A stretch of 64,000 bases of DNA. Origin: Clostridia bacterium (lineage in GTDB: Bacteria; Bacillota; Clostridia; Christensenellales; CAG-917). The DNA lies in NCBI GenBank assembly GCA_017553325.1, contig JAFZMH010000004.1:95138-159137 (forward strand). Reading direction: 5' to 3'. Position 1 is the first letter of the stretch. Every line of letters starts with the position of its first letter. The notes under the pieces were generated by a model. The model was not told the origin of the DNA, searched no databases, and saw nothing but the letters and a program-made list of their open reading frames with translations. The translations under genes were made by a program, and so were the position numbers. Shown one piece after another: positions 34,894 to 44,163 of this stretch.

Positions 34894-35781
34894 TCAAAAT
34901 TCCTTCACCAAGTCATAATAGGAGCAATGGCCTTTAGGAATATCTTGAAATCCGCCCGACGGGACGTATCCGCGGTGTTTGAAGAAGTCCACGTTCCAAT
35001 CATAGACGTAATCTTCCACGAAGATTTGATGAGCGTCCTTTTCTTTCATCTCGCGTTCGAAGTTCTCAACGAGAAATGAGCCCAGCCCTTGATTGCGGTA
35101 TGGCTCTTCCACCCACAATTCAAACAATTCGCCAACGCGGGACGTCTCATAATATCCTGCGATAATTCCCGCAATAATGTTGCCGTCCTTGTCCAAGATC
35201 TTTCTATTGCACTTGACGTATTCGTCATCCTCGGGGAAAAACGGCTCGTTGTAATCTTCAAGCATATTTTCAATGGTTTCCGCGTCTTCTTCCGTGCCGT
35301 CTTGAATCTCGTATTCAATTTTTTTGAACTCGCGTGTAGGCACATCTATATCAAGACGCTTGCTCATGCCGTAGTTTTCGTGTCCGGCGATATTCTCAAC
35401 CGTTGCCCAAACCTTATACCCATGCTTTTCGTAGAGTCCGCGCGCTTGGAAATCAAACGTCCCGAGAGCCGCAAAGCGGCAGCCTTTTTCTTTGGCAACG
35501 CGCTCAACTTCTTTGAGAAGCGCGGAGCCAAGACCTTGTCTACGATACGGCTCTGCCACGCAGAGTGTGTCAACGTCAACGTATCCCCATCTGCTGATAA
35601 TGGCATTGCAACCTGCAATAATGTTGCCGTCTTTGTCCGTTATCTTCTTTGAGAACTCTTCTTCCTCATCAGCAAATGTCGGCGCTTGAGAATACGTGTA
35701 TTCTTCAAGTCTTTCTTCTATATGCAATGAGTCCTCTTTAGCACTCACTTGCAAATCAAATGGTATTTTCTTTTGTTCCAT
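34894..35781 (-). CDS. Tandem (double) GNAT acetyltransferase
   Basis: 295 aa. Two acetyl-CoA motifs: YRRQGLGSALLKEVE and YRNQGLGSFLVENFE. Confidence 0.75.
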   Translation of the reverse strand: MEQKKIPFDLQVSAKEDSLHIEERLEEYTYSQAPTFADEEEEFSKKITDKDGNIIAGCNAIISRWGYVDVDTLCVAEPYRRQGLGSALLKEVERVAKEKGCRFAALGTFDFQARGLYEKHGYKVWATVENIAGHENYGMSKRLDIDVPTREFKKIEYEIQDGTEEDAETIENMLEDYNEPFFPEDDEYVKCNRKILDKDGNIIAGIIAGYYETSRVGELFELWVEEPYRNQGLGSFLVENFEREMKEKDAHQIFVEDYVYDWNVDFFKHRGYVPSGGFQDIPKGHCSYYDLVKEF

Positions 35782-35790
35782 AATTCTCTC

Positions 35791-37179
35791 CTAAATTTTT
35801 TTGCAGGTATTTCCAATGTATTTCACGCAGTTTTTGCCGAACACAAAGGCTGCATACCCAAATTTTCTGCCAAACTCTTTGTCGTTTAGCGGATATAATT
35901 TGATTTCTTCCGTTTCGTCCTCGTCAAAGAGTGTTGCATACAAATCTCCGTCTTTGATAAAGACCTCGTCAATATAGAAATCTTCGTCTTTGTGCTCATA
36001 TTTACCGACGTATGATTGCCATTTGCTCTTGTCAGGATTTTTGATCTCCAAGTCCTCAATCATTTGAATAGGCTTTGGATCTTCGCCCATGGCTATCATT
36101 CTAACGGCATTCCAGAAGGTATATCCGCCTCTCATATCCGTCTCATAGTGCGACATAAGGATGATGAACATTCTGTTCGCGTCCACAAAGCGCACGTAGT
36201 AGGACAAATATCCCTGCCAGCCGCCAGTATGTTGCACTATAAGCCCAAGTTTTTCGTCATGAATGATTTCCCAGCCAAAGCCATAGCCGTCAACCTTAAA
36301 GCCAATGCCAAGATCCACCATAGAGTCGTCTTCGCCGGAAGGCTCGCCGTTGTTGAGTGTGCTTAATGCCCACATCATCTCTTGTTCTTCGCGTGTTAAG
36401 ATCTTGCCTTCTCTTAAAGCTTGATCCCATTTGAACATATCGAACACGTTTGTATGCACGTTGCCATCCCCTGCCATACCGTCAAGCGGGACGACGTAGG
36501 TTATCTCCTTAGAATCATCGGGCAAGATATATTTGCCGCCTTCAAAGAATCTTCCGTAGGCAAGGTTTTCAACAGTTTCATTGTCCTTTCTTCTGTGGAT
36601 GACGCGAGTAGAATTCATCCCAGCAGGTTTGAAGACGTTTTCAAGCAAGAAGTCTTCGAATTTCACCCCCGACACCTTCTCCACGATTGCCGCGAGCAGA
36701 TTGTATCCCGTGTTGGAGTATTCAAACTCTTCTCCCGGTGCAAATCTCGCTTCTTCCCCGCATTCGCAGAGATAGCGGATGATAATATTGTTGTCAGGGA
36801 TTGTGTTTTCCTTCCTTGCGGTATTCTCAATCCAGTCGTCATCAGTATAATCAGGCAAGCCGCCCGTGTGGTGCAAGAGATTGAGTATTGTTATTCCCTT
36901 GTATGGTATTTCAGGGAAAAACTTGGTGATTTCATCGTCTAGGCTAAGTAGTCCCCTGCGTCTTGCTATCATCACCGCCGTCGCAGTGAATTGTTTGCTT
37001 ACGGATGCGATATCAAATATGCTGTCTTCTTGAATCGGCAATTTGCCTTCAAGATCTCTTGGTCCGTATGCGCCTTTTGATACTATTTCGCCGTTCTCTG
37101 CGAACAGCCACGTCCCATCAAAGAGTCCTTTATCGTGAGCCTCTTTGAAGAGATTGTCCATCAACAATTTTTTGTCCAT
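35791..37179 (-). CDS. Serine hydrolase of the beta-lactamase/PBP (class C-like) family
   Basis: 462 aa. SxxK motif in FDIASVSKQFTA, YSNTGY (YxN), and an extra C-terminal domain. Confidence 0.8.
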   Translation of the reverse strand: MDKKLLMDNLFKEAHDKGLFDGTWLFAENGEIVSKGAYGPRDLEGKLPIQEDSIFDIASVSKQFTATAVMIARRRGLLSLDDEITKFFPEIPYKGITILNLLHHTGGLPDYTDDDWIENTARKENTIPDNNIIIRYLCECGEEARFAPGEEFEYSNTGYNLLAAIVEKVSGVKFEDFLLENVFKPAGMNSTRVIHRRKDNETVENLAYGRFFEGGKYILPDDSKEITYVVPLDGMAGDGNVHTNVFDMFKWDQALREGKILTREEQEMMWALSTLNNGEPSGEDDSMVDLGIGFKVDGYGFGWEIIHDEKLGLIVQHTGGWQGYLSYYVRFVDANRMFIILMSHYETDMRGGYTFWNAVRMIAMGEDPKPIQMIEDLEIKNPDKSKWQSYVGKYEHKDEDFYIDEVFIKDGDLYATLFDEDETEEIKLYPLNDKEFGRKFGYAAFVFGKNCVKYIGNTCKKI

Positions 37180-37191
37180 AATTTCCTCAGA

Positions 37192-37716
37192 TTACAGCTT
37201 TAAGACAGCTGATCTTTCGTCGTTTTCTTCATAATAGCCGGGGCCGTTGATTTCAACGAAGCCAACTGACTCATAAAACTTTTTTGCCACTTCGTTTGTC
37301 GGGCTGTAGGACAGCACGCAATACTTAGCCTCTCCGCACGGGAATGTTTTGACAAAATCAATTGCTTGCTTCAACGCCTCTCTGCCATAGCCCCTTCCTT
37401 GAAAGCGCTTGTCTATCATGAAGCGCCAAATGTAATAATACGGCTTGTCTTCATAGAATTTATATTCGTCGCTTTTGAGCCACGCCTCATGCTCATATCC
37501 CGACCAGTCGTGAGCATAATCAATCATAATGAACCCGACCACCTTTTTGCCGTTCAATATCGCAAACGGATATACTGGTCTCCCTTCCGACAGCGCCAAG
37601 TATGCGTCAGCAAGGCTCTCGACGTTGGATGCCAAAAAGTCCTTTTGCTCTCTCGCTACACGCAATTCGATAACATCATCCACGTTATCACGCGTCACTT
37701 TTTCAAGATGTATCAC
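37192..37716 (-). CDS. GNAT family N-acetyltransferase (diamine/spermidine acetyltransferase-like), paralogue of 39578-40087
   Basis: 174 aa from GTG 37716 (GAAGGTGA upstream). The longer track ORF would overlap luxS. ..FMIDKRFQGRGYGREAL..FPCGEAKYCVLSY.. Confidence 0.7.
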   Translation of the reverse strand: MIHLEKVTRDNVDDVIELRVAREQKDFLASNVESLADAYLALSEGRPVYPFAILNGKKVVGFIMIDYAHDWSGYEHEAWLKSDEYKFYEDKPYYYIWRFMIDKRFQGRGYGREALKQAIDFVKTFPCGEAKYCVLSYSPTNEVAKKFYESVGFVEINGPGYYEENDERSAVLKL

Positions 37717-37747
37717 AATTTCACCTTCAATCTTTCGTTTTCTTTGA

Positions 37748-38272
37748 TTAAGAATCAAAGAATGTTCTGTCTTCGTCAAGTTGCAACCTTTCCGTCTTCG
37801 GGTATTCGAAGATTTTCGATTTGTCCGCCTTTTCAAGATAGTCGACGTAAATTGCCGCTTCCTCTTTCGCGCCGTTCAGGTCGTGCAAGAGATAGTTGCC
37901 GCAATTCTCCGGCGTTGCCCCCGGCACGTCGCCTTCGAAGTCGCGCATATAGCGGAATGCATCGAGAATTATGCCGTAGAGTTCGCTTGATTTCGGACGC
38001 CCCTTGACAATCATATAAAAGCCTGTCAAGCACCCCATCGGCCCCCAATAGACGAGTTTGTCTTTCCACTCCGCATGGTTTCTGAGATACGTCGCAATCA
38101 CGTGCTCCATTGTGTGCATAGCGGCGTCCGAAACAGCCTTCTCAACGTTCGGGCGCTTGACGCGAATGTCAAACGTAGTGACGTATTCGTCACCCACCAC
38201 GTCCACACGGCTCTCAAATATGCCGGGCACGATCTTTGTATGATCCACAGCAAAACTTGGTATCAAATCCAT
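37748..38272 (-). CDS. luxS: S-ribosylhomocysteine lyase
   Basis: 174 aa. SFAVDHTK, the HTMEH metal site and GPMGCLTGFY. Confidence 0.9.
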   Translation of the reverse strand: MDLIPSFAVDHTKIVPGIFESRVDVVGDEYVTTFDIRVKRPNVEKAVSDAAMHTMEHVIATYLRNHAEWKDKLVYWGPMGCLTGFYMIVKGRPKSSELYGIILDAFRYMRDFEGDVPGATPENCGNYLLHDLNGAKEEAAIYVDYLEKADKSKIFEYPKTERLQLDEDRTFFDS

Positions 38273-38294
38273 ATTACTCTCCTTTTAAAACTCG

Positions 38295-38618
38295 TCAAAA
38301 TATCGATCCGTTGTACTTTTTCTGTGCAAAGATAAACACGGCAATTCCAACCACAAATCCAACCGTCAAAGGTATCCACCACCAAGCCGACTCAAACAGA
38401 TTGAGAACGCCCGTGACGCAAAGCCCAACGCCCATCAAAATCAATGCGATCCCGATCACGCGGCAATAGGCAGGTATATCCTCATCTTCCACGTGTTTGT
38501 AGTGATAGGTATGCAAAAGTGAAACTGCCTTCTTGATCCAGATCACAAGACCCAGTACGATCAAAAGCACTCCCACGGCTTCTTCTATGCTTACCCCAAC
38601 GATAATTCCTGTGTTCAT
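38295..38618 (-). CDS. DUF3784 family small membrane protein
   Basis: 107 aa with 3-4 TM helices. Family assigned from overall pattern. Confidence 0.55.
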   Translation of the reverse strand: MNTGIIVGVSIEEAVGVLLIVLGLVIWIKKAVSLLHTYHYKHVEDEDIPAYCRVIGIALILMGVGLCVTGVLNLFESAWWWIPLTVGFVVGIAVFIFAQKKYNGSIF

Positions 38619-38637
38619 CTTCTATACTTATCTCGAC

Positions 38638-39567
38638 TCAATGTGTTTTTGCAAAACTCAAAACCTGCTCGCGGTCTTTCAGTGCCGTTGATGCACCGAC
38701 GGCGGTGGAGCATATCGCACCGCAGGCGTTGGCGAACGCAAGCGCGTCATTTATGTTCTCACCACGCAATATCTCTGTCGCGAATGCCGCAAGAAAGTTG
38801 TCCCCTGCGCCCGTCGTGTCAACGGCGTCTATCTTGTGTGCGGCAAGGCGCACGGTTTGTTCGCTGTTTTTGAATAGACAACCCTTCCCGCCGAGTTTGA
38901 CGATGACGTTTTTGACACCATACTCTAAAAATGCGTCCGCCATCTTTTCAGGCTCGTCCTCGCCTGTGAAGAAACGCCCTTCGTCCTCATTGGGTGTGAT
39001 ATAGTCAATAAGCGGCAAAGAGTCCTTTATATCTTCAAGCTTAATCTTTGCAAAGTTGGGTATCTTCGTGTCCGCAAACACAAGAATATTATTCTTGTGC
39101 GCATACTCCACAACCGCTTTGACAATTTCAGGCTCGTCGAACGGCGCACGGAAGAGCGATCCAAGCACTATGGCCTTTGCATCTTCAAGCGCGTCCAAAT
39201 GTCTCTCTGGGTGGAAGTTGTATTTGTGTGCAAGATTTGTGATGGACTTGCGTGAGCCGTCCCCTTCAACAAGCATTGTTGTCACTGGCGTCGGGTGTTC
39301 GTCGCGCACGATTTTGCTGACGTCCACGCCGTGTTTTTCAAGCGCCGCTACCACCATATCGCCCTCCGCATCTTTGCCGAGATGGCAAAGGATTGCGGTT
39401 TTCGCGCCGAGTTTCGCCGCCGCCAACACTCCGTTGACGGACTCACCGCCCACGTTTACGGAACAACTCTCCGCCCTATATCCGCTCGCTGAAACTGGGA
39501 TCTTGTCAAACCCCTGCACGATCACGTCTATAAGCGACATCCCAACAAAAACAATCTCCGCACTCAT
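38638..39567 (-). CDS. PfkB family carbohydrate kinase
   Basis: 309 aa. N-terminal GG motif (NVGGES) and C-terminal DTTGAGDNFLAAF. Confidence 0.8.
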   Translation of the reverse strand: MSAEIVFVGMSLIDVIVQGFDKIPVSASGYRAESCSVNVGGESVNGVLAAAKLGAKTAILCHLGKDAEGDMVVAALEKHGVDVSKIVRDEHPTPVTTMLVEGDGSRKSITNLAHKYNFHPERHLDALEDAKAIVLGSLFRAPFDEPEIVKAVVEYAHKNNILVFADTKIPNFAKIKLEDIKDSLPLIDYITPNEDEGRFFTGEDEPEKMADAFLEYGVKNVIVKLGGKGCLFKNSEQTVRLAAHKIDAVDTTGAGDNFLAAFATEILRGENINDALAFANACGAICSTAVGASTALKDREQVLSFAKTH

Positions 39568-39577
39568 AGTTATTGTC

Positions 39578-40087
39578 TTACAGTTTCAAAACGGCGGGCA
39601 CTTCGTCCCAACCCTCAGGCATTGGCATTTCCTCAAACCCGAACGAACGATAAAGTTTTCTTGCGATCTCGTTTTCGGGGTTGTAAGAAAGCCAGCAATA
39701 TTCAGCCTTCCCGCACGGGAAAGTCCTGACAAAGTCCATGGCAAGTTCCATCGCTCTTTTTCCATAGCCCTTGCCTTGATATTTCTTGTCTATCATAAGA
39801 CGCCAAATGAGATAGTTGTTTTGAAGCAGAGGGAACTTTTCGGGGTCGTCCTCTTCATCGGAGATGTTAAAGCCAATCATCAAAAATCCGACGGGCGTGT
39901 CCCCTTTGTAGATTCCAAAAGGTTGCGCGTATCTGCCGTCCATAAGGTTGGCATACGCTTCCGCCAAACTATAGCAGTTGTCCGCCACGAAATCATATTG
40001 CGATTTTTGGGGTTCCAAATCCACCAACTCGTCCAAGTTTTTTATTCCGACTTTAACAAGTCTGATATCTTCGGTTTTCGATTTCAT
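39578..40087 (-). CDS. GNAT family N-acetyltransferase (diamine acetyltransferase-like)
   Basis: 169 aa. ..LMIDKKYQGKGYGKRAMELAMDFVRTFPCGKAEYCWLSY.. Confidence 0.75.
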   Translation of the reverse strand: MKSKTEDIRLVKVGIKNLDELVDLEPQKSQYDFVADNCYSLAEAYANLMDGRYAQPFGIYKGDTPVGFLMIGFNISDEEDDPEKFPLLQNNYLIWRLMIDKKYQGKGYGKRAMELAMDFVRTFPCGKAEYCWLSYNPENEIARKLYRSFGFEEMPMPEGWDEVPAVLKL

Positions 40088-40105
40088 AAATTTCTCCTAT
40101 TTTTA

Positions 40106-41467
40106 TCATGCTCTATCGAGCACCACAACCGTCTCAACGTGTCTCGTCTCGGGGAACATGTCGTACGGCTGAATATATTCTATTTTGTATGTTGAAGACA
40201 AAGTCTTCAAATCTCTTGCCAAAGTCTGCGGATTGCAAGAAATATAAACAATTTTTTCAAATTCTGCGGACTTTGCCACCTCAAGCACTCTTTCATCACA
40301 CCCCTTGCGCGGCGGGTCAAGGATGAGCACTCGCGACGTTTTGCTCTCAGCAATTTCTTCCACGTATTTCGCCGCATCTGCGCATATATTCGTCACATTT
40401 TCAAGTGCAAGATTGCGCATAAGTGCATCTGCGTCTTTTGTGGCTTCGGTGATAATCTCCACAGCGGTTATATTTGCGCTCTTCAAGCGAAGCGCAAGTT
40501 GCGCGGTCAAAAGTCCTACACCCGAATACAGTTCGACGATTTCGCCATCAAAATCTGCACCAATCTTGTCGCACACGTCGTCATATATGGCATCTCTCAC
40601 CTTGTCGTTGACTTGCAAAAACGACATAGGCGACACCACTGCTTTGAATTTTCCAAGGTCCTGCGCGCGCTCTTCGCCGTATACAAGGTGAACGCTGTCC
40701 CCCATGATGACGTTGGTGTTTCTCACATTGTTTGACACAAAGATTGCATAATCTTTGAAGTGCCTGTTTAACTTTTCAGTCAATCTAACAAGGTCTTTTA
40801 GGTTTTTGCTCTTGTCATTTATGACAAGCGTCAGCGTCAAAGTGTCAAGCATCCTTGCGACTGCGTGTCTTAGATACCCTTTGCCGCTCTGCTCGTCGTA
40901 AGCCGTTAGCCCACATTCATTCGCCCATTCGCCTACGTCTTCAATGAGGTCTGCCGCCCACTGGCCTTGAAGTTTACACCACTTCATCGGCACAACACTG
41001 TGCGAGCGTTTCTCGAAAAAGCCGAGATACACGCGCCCGCTTCTCTTGTTCTGCCCGAAAGGCAGCGCCAGTTTGTTGCGATACTCCCATTCGTTGAGGC
41101 TGACAGGCAAAGGCACATTCACGTCAAGTCCGCCCACCTTTTTGAGCGAACGTTTCACGTTTTCGCGCTTCATTTCAAGTTGCGTGTCATATGCCACGTT
41201 TTGCAGGTCGCAACCGCCGCACTTTTCAAAATACGGGCACGGCGGTTTGACTCTGTCCTTTGATGGTTCAACAATTTCGACAATCTCGCCAAAGGCATAA
41301 TCTTTGCTCGTCCACGTGATGCGCGCGCGTAAAATGTCGCCTTTGACCGCAAAAGGAATAAAGATAGGATAGACGCCGCATTTTGCAACGCCTTCCCCAT
41401 TCGAGCCGAAATCTATGATTTCGGCGTCGATGATATCACCTTTTTGAATGTCAATATTGTTTAACAA
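40106..41467 (-). CDS. rlmD: 23S rRNA (uracil-C5)-methyltransferase, RlmD/RumA family
   Basis: 453 aa. N-terminal TRAM domain, Fe-S Cys cluster CPYFEKCGGCDLQ, C-terminal SAM fold with ..LDPPRKG.. and ..YISCNP.. Confidence 0.85.
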   Translation of the reverse strand: MLNNIDIQKGDIIDAEIIDFGSNGEGVAKCGVYPIFIPFAVKGDILRARITWTSKDYAFGEIVEIVEPSKDRVKPPCPYFEKCGGCDLQNVAYDTQLEMKRENVKRSLKKVGGLDVNVPLPVSLNEWEYRNKLALPFGQNKRSGRVYLGFFEKRSHSVVPMKWCKLQGQWAADLIEDVGEWANECGLTAYDEQSGKGYLRHAVARMLDTLTLTLVINDKSKNLKDLVRLTEKLNRHFKDYAIFVSNNVRNTNVIMGDSVHLVYGEERAQDLGKFKAVVSPMSFLQVNDKVRDAIYDDVCDKIGADFDGEIVELYSGVGLLTAQLALRLKSANITAVEIITEATKDADALMRNLALENVTNICADAAKYVEEIAESKTSRVLILDPPRKGCDERVLEVAKSAEFEKIVYISCNPQTLARDLKTLSSTYKIEYIQPYDMFPETRHVETVVVLDRA

Positions 41468-42651
41468 TTTATTTCACCTTTTAAGGCTTTTTTGTAGTTG
41501 TTCAAAAACTTGTCAACTCGTGCAAACCCTACTGACAAATCCACTCCCTTTTCGGCTTGTTTTTTGACGTACCAATTCATGAGTTTGAGCATATCTCTGC
41601 GTGCAGGCTTGAATGGTAAGCGCAGAATGTAGCAGTGTGCGGAGTTGTACCACACTTTGCCCACTTGATACTCGTTCTTCACTCCCACTTCGTCGAGGTG
41701 CTTTGCCATACGCTTGGCTTCGCCCATGCACAGAGGATCCGTTGCGCCGCCGTTGTTGTACATCTCAGGGAAATCCGCATTCACATAGTTGTAAACGTTG
41801 AGTTCCTTGTAGAACTCCCATTTTCTACTCTGCTTTCTGCTGTTTTTGCTTGTCATATATCTCACCATAAGCGTATTTGTGAGCGGAATTCTATACATTA
41901 TTTCAGTTGAATACGCACCGCTTATGCCGATTAGATATGCAGGTTTGGTTTTGAGTTCGTTGAGCCCAAGTTTCTCGCGATATTCCGCACTCGAACAAGC
42001 ACATCCGATTGAAGCAGACAGATGTCCGCCGGATGAGTCGCCCGTAACCGTAATATTGTTCTCGTCAATTCCAAAACGCTCTGCATTGTCAACAAGGAAG
42101 TTGTAGGCATCAATGCAATCCTTCAAATTTTCCGGGAAGAAAACTTTTGGTCCCAACCTATGGTCAATGACTGCAACCACCGCACCGAGAGCGGCATACA
42201 ACCTTGCATATCCATCTCTGCGATGACGATTGTGTATCATCCAACCGCCGCCCGGAATATCCATGACGCAAGGCGATTTTTCGCTGGCAGGATGAGATGG
42301 ATAGTAGACGTCCATCACGAGTTTTTCGCCGTCGATCTCCTTGTAGACGACGTCGTGCTCGATTTTTATCTCCGCGTCAAACGGAGTACGGCTGTTCGGC
42401 AATGCCCTGTCTTCTTCTGCGAAGTCGAAGATATATGCCATAAGCGGATGCAAGTGCATTTTGTGCTCACGCTTGAACTCGCGACTCTCGCGCTTAAACT
42501 CGCGCTTTGTCTCTTTGAGTTCTTGTGCTTTTGCCTTGCGACCTTCCTTGCCGCCCTCCGCTTCCGCGTCTTTCAAAATTTGCTTCTTGCCCACGTACGG
42601 ATAGAGAGACTCATTCCAATACGGCGCATGAAACTCTGTTTCTTTACTCAT
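41461..42651 (-). CDS. Alpha/beta hydrolase (esterase/lipase, fold-3 type)
   Basis: 396 aa. Oxyanion-type IPGGGW and nucleophile elbow GDSSGG. Confidence 0.75.
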   Translation of the reverse strand: MSKETEFHAPYWNESLYPYVGKKQILKDAEAEGGKEGRKAKAQELKETKREFKRESREFKREHKMHLHPLMAYIFDFAEEDRALPNSRTPFDAEIKIEHDVVYKEIDGEKLVMDVYYPSHPASEKSPCVMDIPGGGWMIHNRHRRDGYARLYAALGAVVAVIDHRLGPKVFFPENLKDCIDAYNFLVDNAERFGIDENNITVTGDSSGGHLSASIGCACSSAEYREKLGLNELKTKPAYLIGISGAYSTEIMYRIPLTNTLMVRYMTSKNSRKQSRKWEFYKELNVYNYVNADFPEMYNNGGATDPLCMGEAKRMAKHLDEVGVKNEYQVGKVWYNSAHCYILRLPFKPARRDMLKLMNWYVKKQAEKGVDLSVGFARVDKFLNNYKKALKGEINC

Positions 42652-42745
42652 AATAATCCCCCAAACCCCGCGACTAATTGCACGGGGTTTTAATTGTTGA
42701 TTTTCCCTTAAAAATACACTCCAAAAAACTGCTCACTCCAATCTC

Positions 42746-42871
42746 AAAACCGCTCAATTTGGATGAGATGCTAGGAAGGGTGCGTCTTGTGGCGACCAAG
42801 CGTACTAAGGCGTACGCGGTGTCGTCGCAAGGAGTGCGCTGACACCGCAGGTCGCCAAATTGTGCGGTTTT
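42746..42871. ncRNA. Candidate structured RNA or complex bidirectional terminator (126 nt, multi-stem)
   Basis: A 17-nt closing inverted repeat, AAAACCGCTCAATTTGG (42746-42762) with CCAAATTGTGCGGTTTT (42855-71). Inner stems are GGCGACC/GGTCGCC, GCGTAC/GTACGC and GGTGTC/GACACC. A T-run follows on the plus strand and UUUU on the minus strand. Confidence 0.35.
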
Positions 42872-44122
42872 TTATTTTGCGTAGATTTTTTTGAGTCGTG
42901 CAAATCTCGGCAACCCGTTTTCCAAAGGAGCCTTTGCGTCGCCTTGAATGAGTGGCAAAGCATAAGTGATGAAATCATCGCTGACGTTGTTGCCCTCTTC
43001 GTTTATCCAGCCAAGCGGAACTTTCTTTTCGGTGTTGGCGGCGTATTCAAGTGGCATAAGCACGTTCTTGTTGTAGTAGTTGCCCTTCTCGTCGAAGTGA
43101 CGCTCGAAGATAACCATTTTGTCCGTTTCGCCTCTAACTGCCGCGCGGACTGCTTCCGCACCTGCCTCAAATGCTTCTTCAACGTCCGTCTTGCTGGCGA
43201 GGTGTGCGCCGCAACGTTGCATAAGAGAAAGCTCGATGCCTCTTGTCTTAAAGCCGGTCTTCTCTTTGATGAGGTTTGCAAGGATGGATGCAACGCCACC
43301 GAGTTGCGCGTGGCCGAAACTGTCTCTCGCCGCTTGAGGACCGAAAGATTCGCAGATGAGTTGACCGTCCTTGTTGTGGATGCCTTCGGACACGACTGCA
43401 ATGCACTTATTGCCATTCTTTGCGCAAACGTTCTTGACGTCTTCAACGAACTTGTCGATGTCAAAGTCAACTTCCGGCAAATAGATGAGGTCTGCGCCCA
43501 AGCCGTTCACTTTTGCAAGAGCCGCCGCCGCTGTAAGCCAGCCTGCGTGTCTGCCCATAGCCTCGATGATGCAGACCATCGGCGTGTCGTAAACTTTTGC
43601 GTCGAGGTTGACTTCCATGACCGTATTGGCTATGTACTTTGCAGCTGACGCATAACCCGGGCAGTGATCCGTGCCATAGAGGTCGTTGTCTATCGTCTTG
43701 GGAACGCCGATGACGTTTACGTCCCAGCCGGACTTTTGCATATACTTGGAAATCTTGTTGCAGGTGTCCATACTGTCGTTTCCGCCGTTGTAGAAGAAAT
43801 AGCGGACGTTGTACTTCTTGAAGACTTCGAGAATTCTCTTGTAGTCCGTGTCGTCCACGTCTGCGTCTTTGAGTTTGTAGCGGACGGAACCGAGAGCGGA
43901 TGACGGAGTGTATTTGAGGAGGTCGATTTCTCTCAAATCCTCTTTGGAGATGTCAAAGAACTTCTCGTTGAGGATGCCCACAATGCCGTGTTCCGCGCCG
44001 TAAACTGCGGTGATGTTTTCTTGTGCGAGAGCTTCGGTGAAAACACCTGCCGCACTGCTGTTGATGACTGATGTCGGACCACCAGATTGTCCAAACATAC
44101 AAGCGCCTTTCAAATTGATCAT
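42872..44122 (-). CDS. pfp: Long-form phosphofructokinase, PPi-dependent-type (diphosphate--fructose-6-phosphate 1-phosphotransferase-like)
   Basis: 416 aa. GQSGGPTSVINSS, ..YNGGNDSMDT.., ..GVPKTIDNDL... Donor specificity (PPi versus ATP) cannot be read with certainty. Confidence 0.65.
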   Translation of the reverse strand: MINLKGACMFGQSGGPTSVINSSAAGVFTEALAQENITAVYGAEHGIVGILNEKFFDISKEDLREIDLLKYTPSSALGSVRYKLKDADVDDTDYKRILEVFKKYNVRYFFYNGGNDSMDTCNKISKYMQKSGWDVNVIGVPKTIDNDLYGTDHCPGYASAAKYIANTVMEVNLDAKVYDTPMVCIIEAMGRHAGWLTAAAALAKVNGLGADLIYLPEVDFDIDKFVEDVKNVCAKNGNKCIAVVSEGIHNKDGQLICESFGPQAARDSFGHAQLGGVASILANLIKEKTGFKTRGIELSLMQRCGAHLASKTDVEEAFEAGAEAVRAAVRGETDKMVIFERHFDEKGNYYNKNVLMPLEYAANTEKKVPLGWINEEGNNVSDDFITYALPLIQGDAKAPLENGLPRFARLKKIYAK

Positions 44123-44163
44123 ATTTTTCTCCTTATGCGCTTTTCGCGCTTTTGTTATTTTTC

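Noticed and set aside
37717-37836. N-terminal extensions proposed by the ORF track, such as 37192-37836, 49753-50682, 4779-5438, 62440-62706 and several TTG/GTG first codons.
   Set aside because: The extensions overlap upstream genes, lack SD sites and are Arg-rich. Internal ATG or GTG codons with good SDs or ATGA coupling give products of canonical length.
42847-42860. Shared 14-mer CGCAGGTCGCCAAA at 42847-42860 and 62418-62431.
   Set aside because: Roughly a dozen 14-mer coincidences are expected by chance in a 64-kb window counting both strands, and the flanks do not extend the match.
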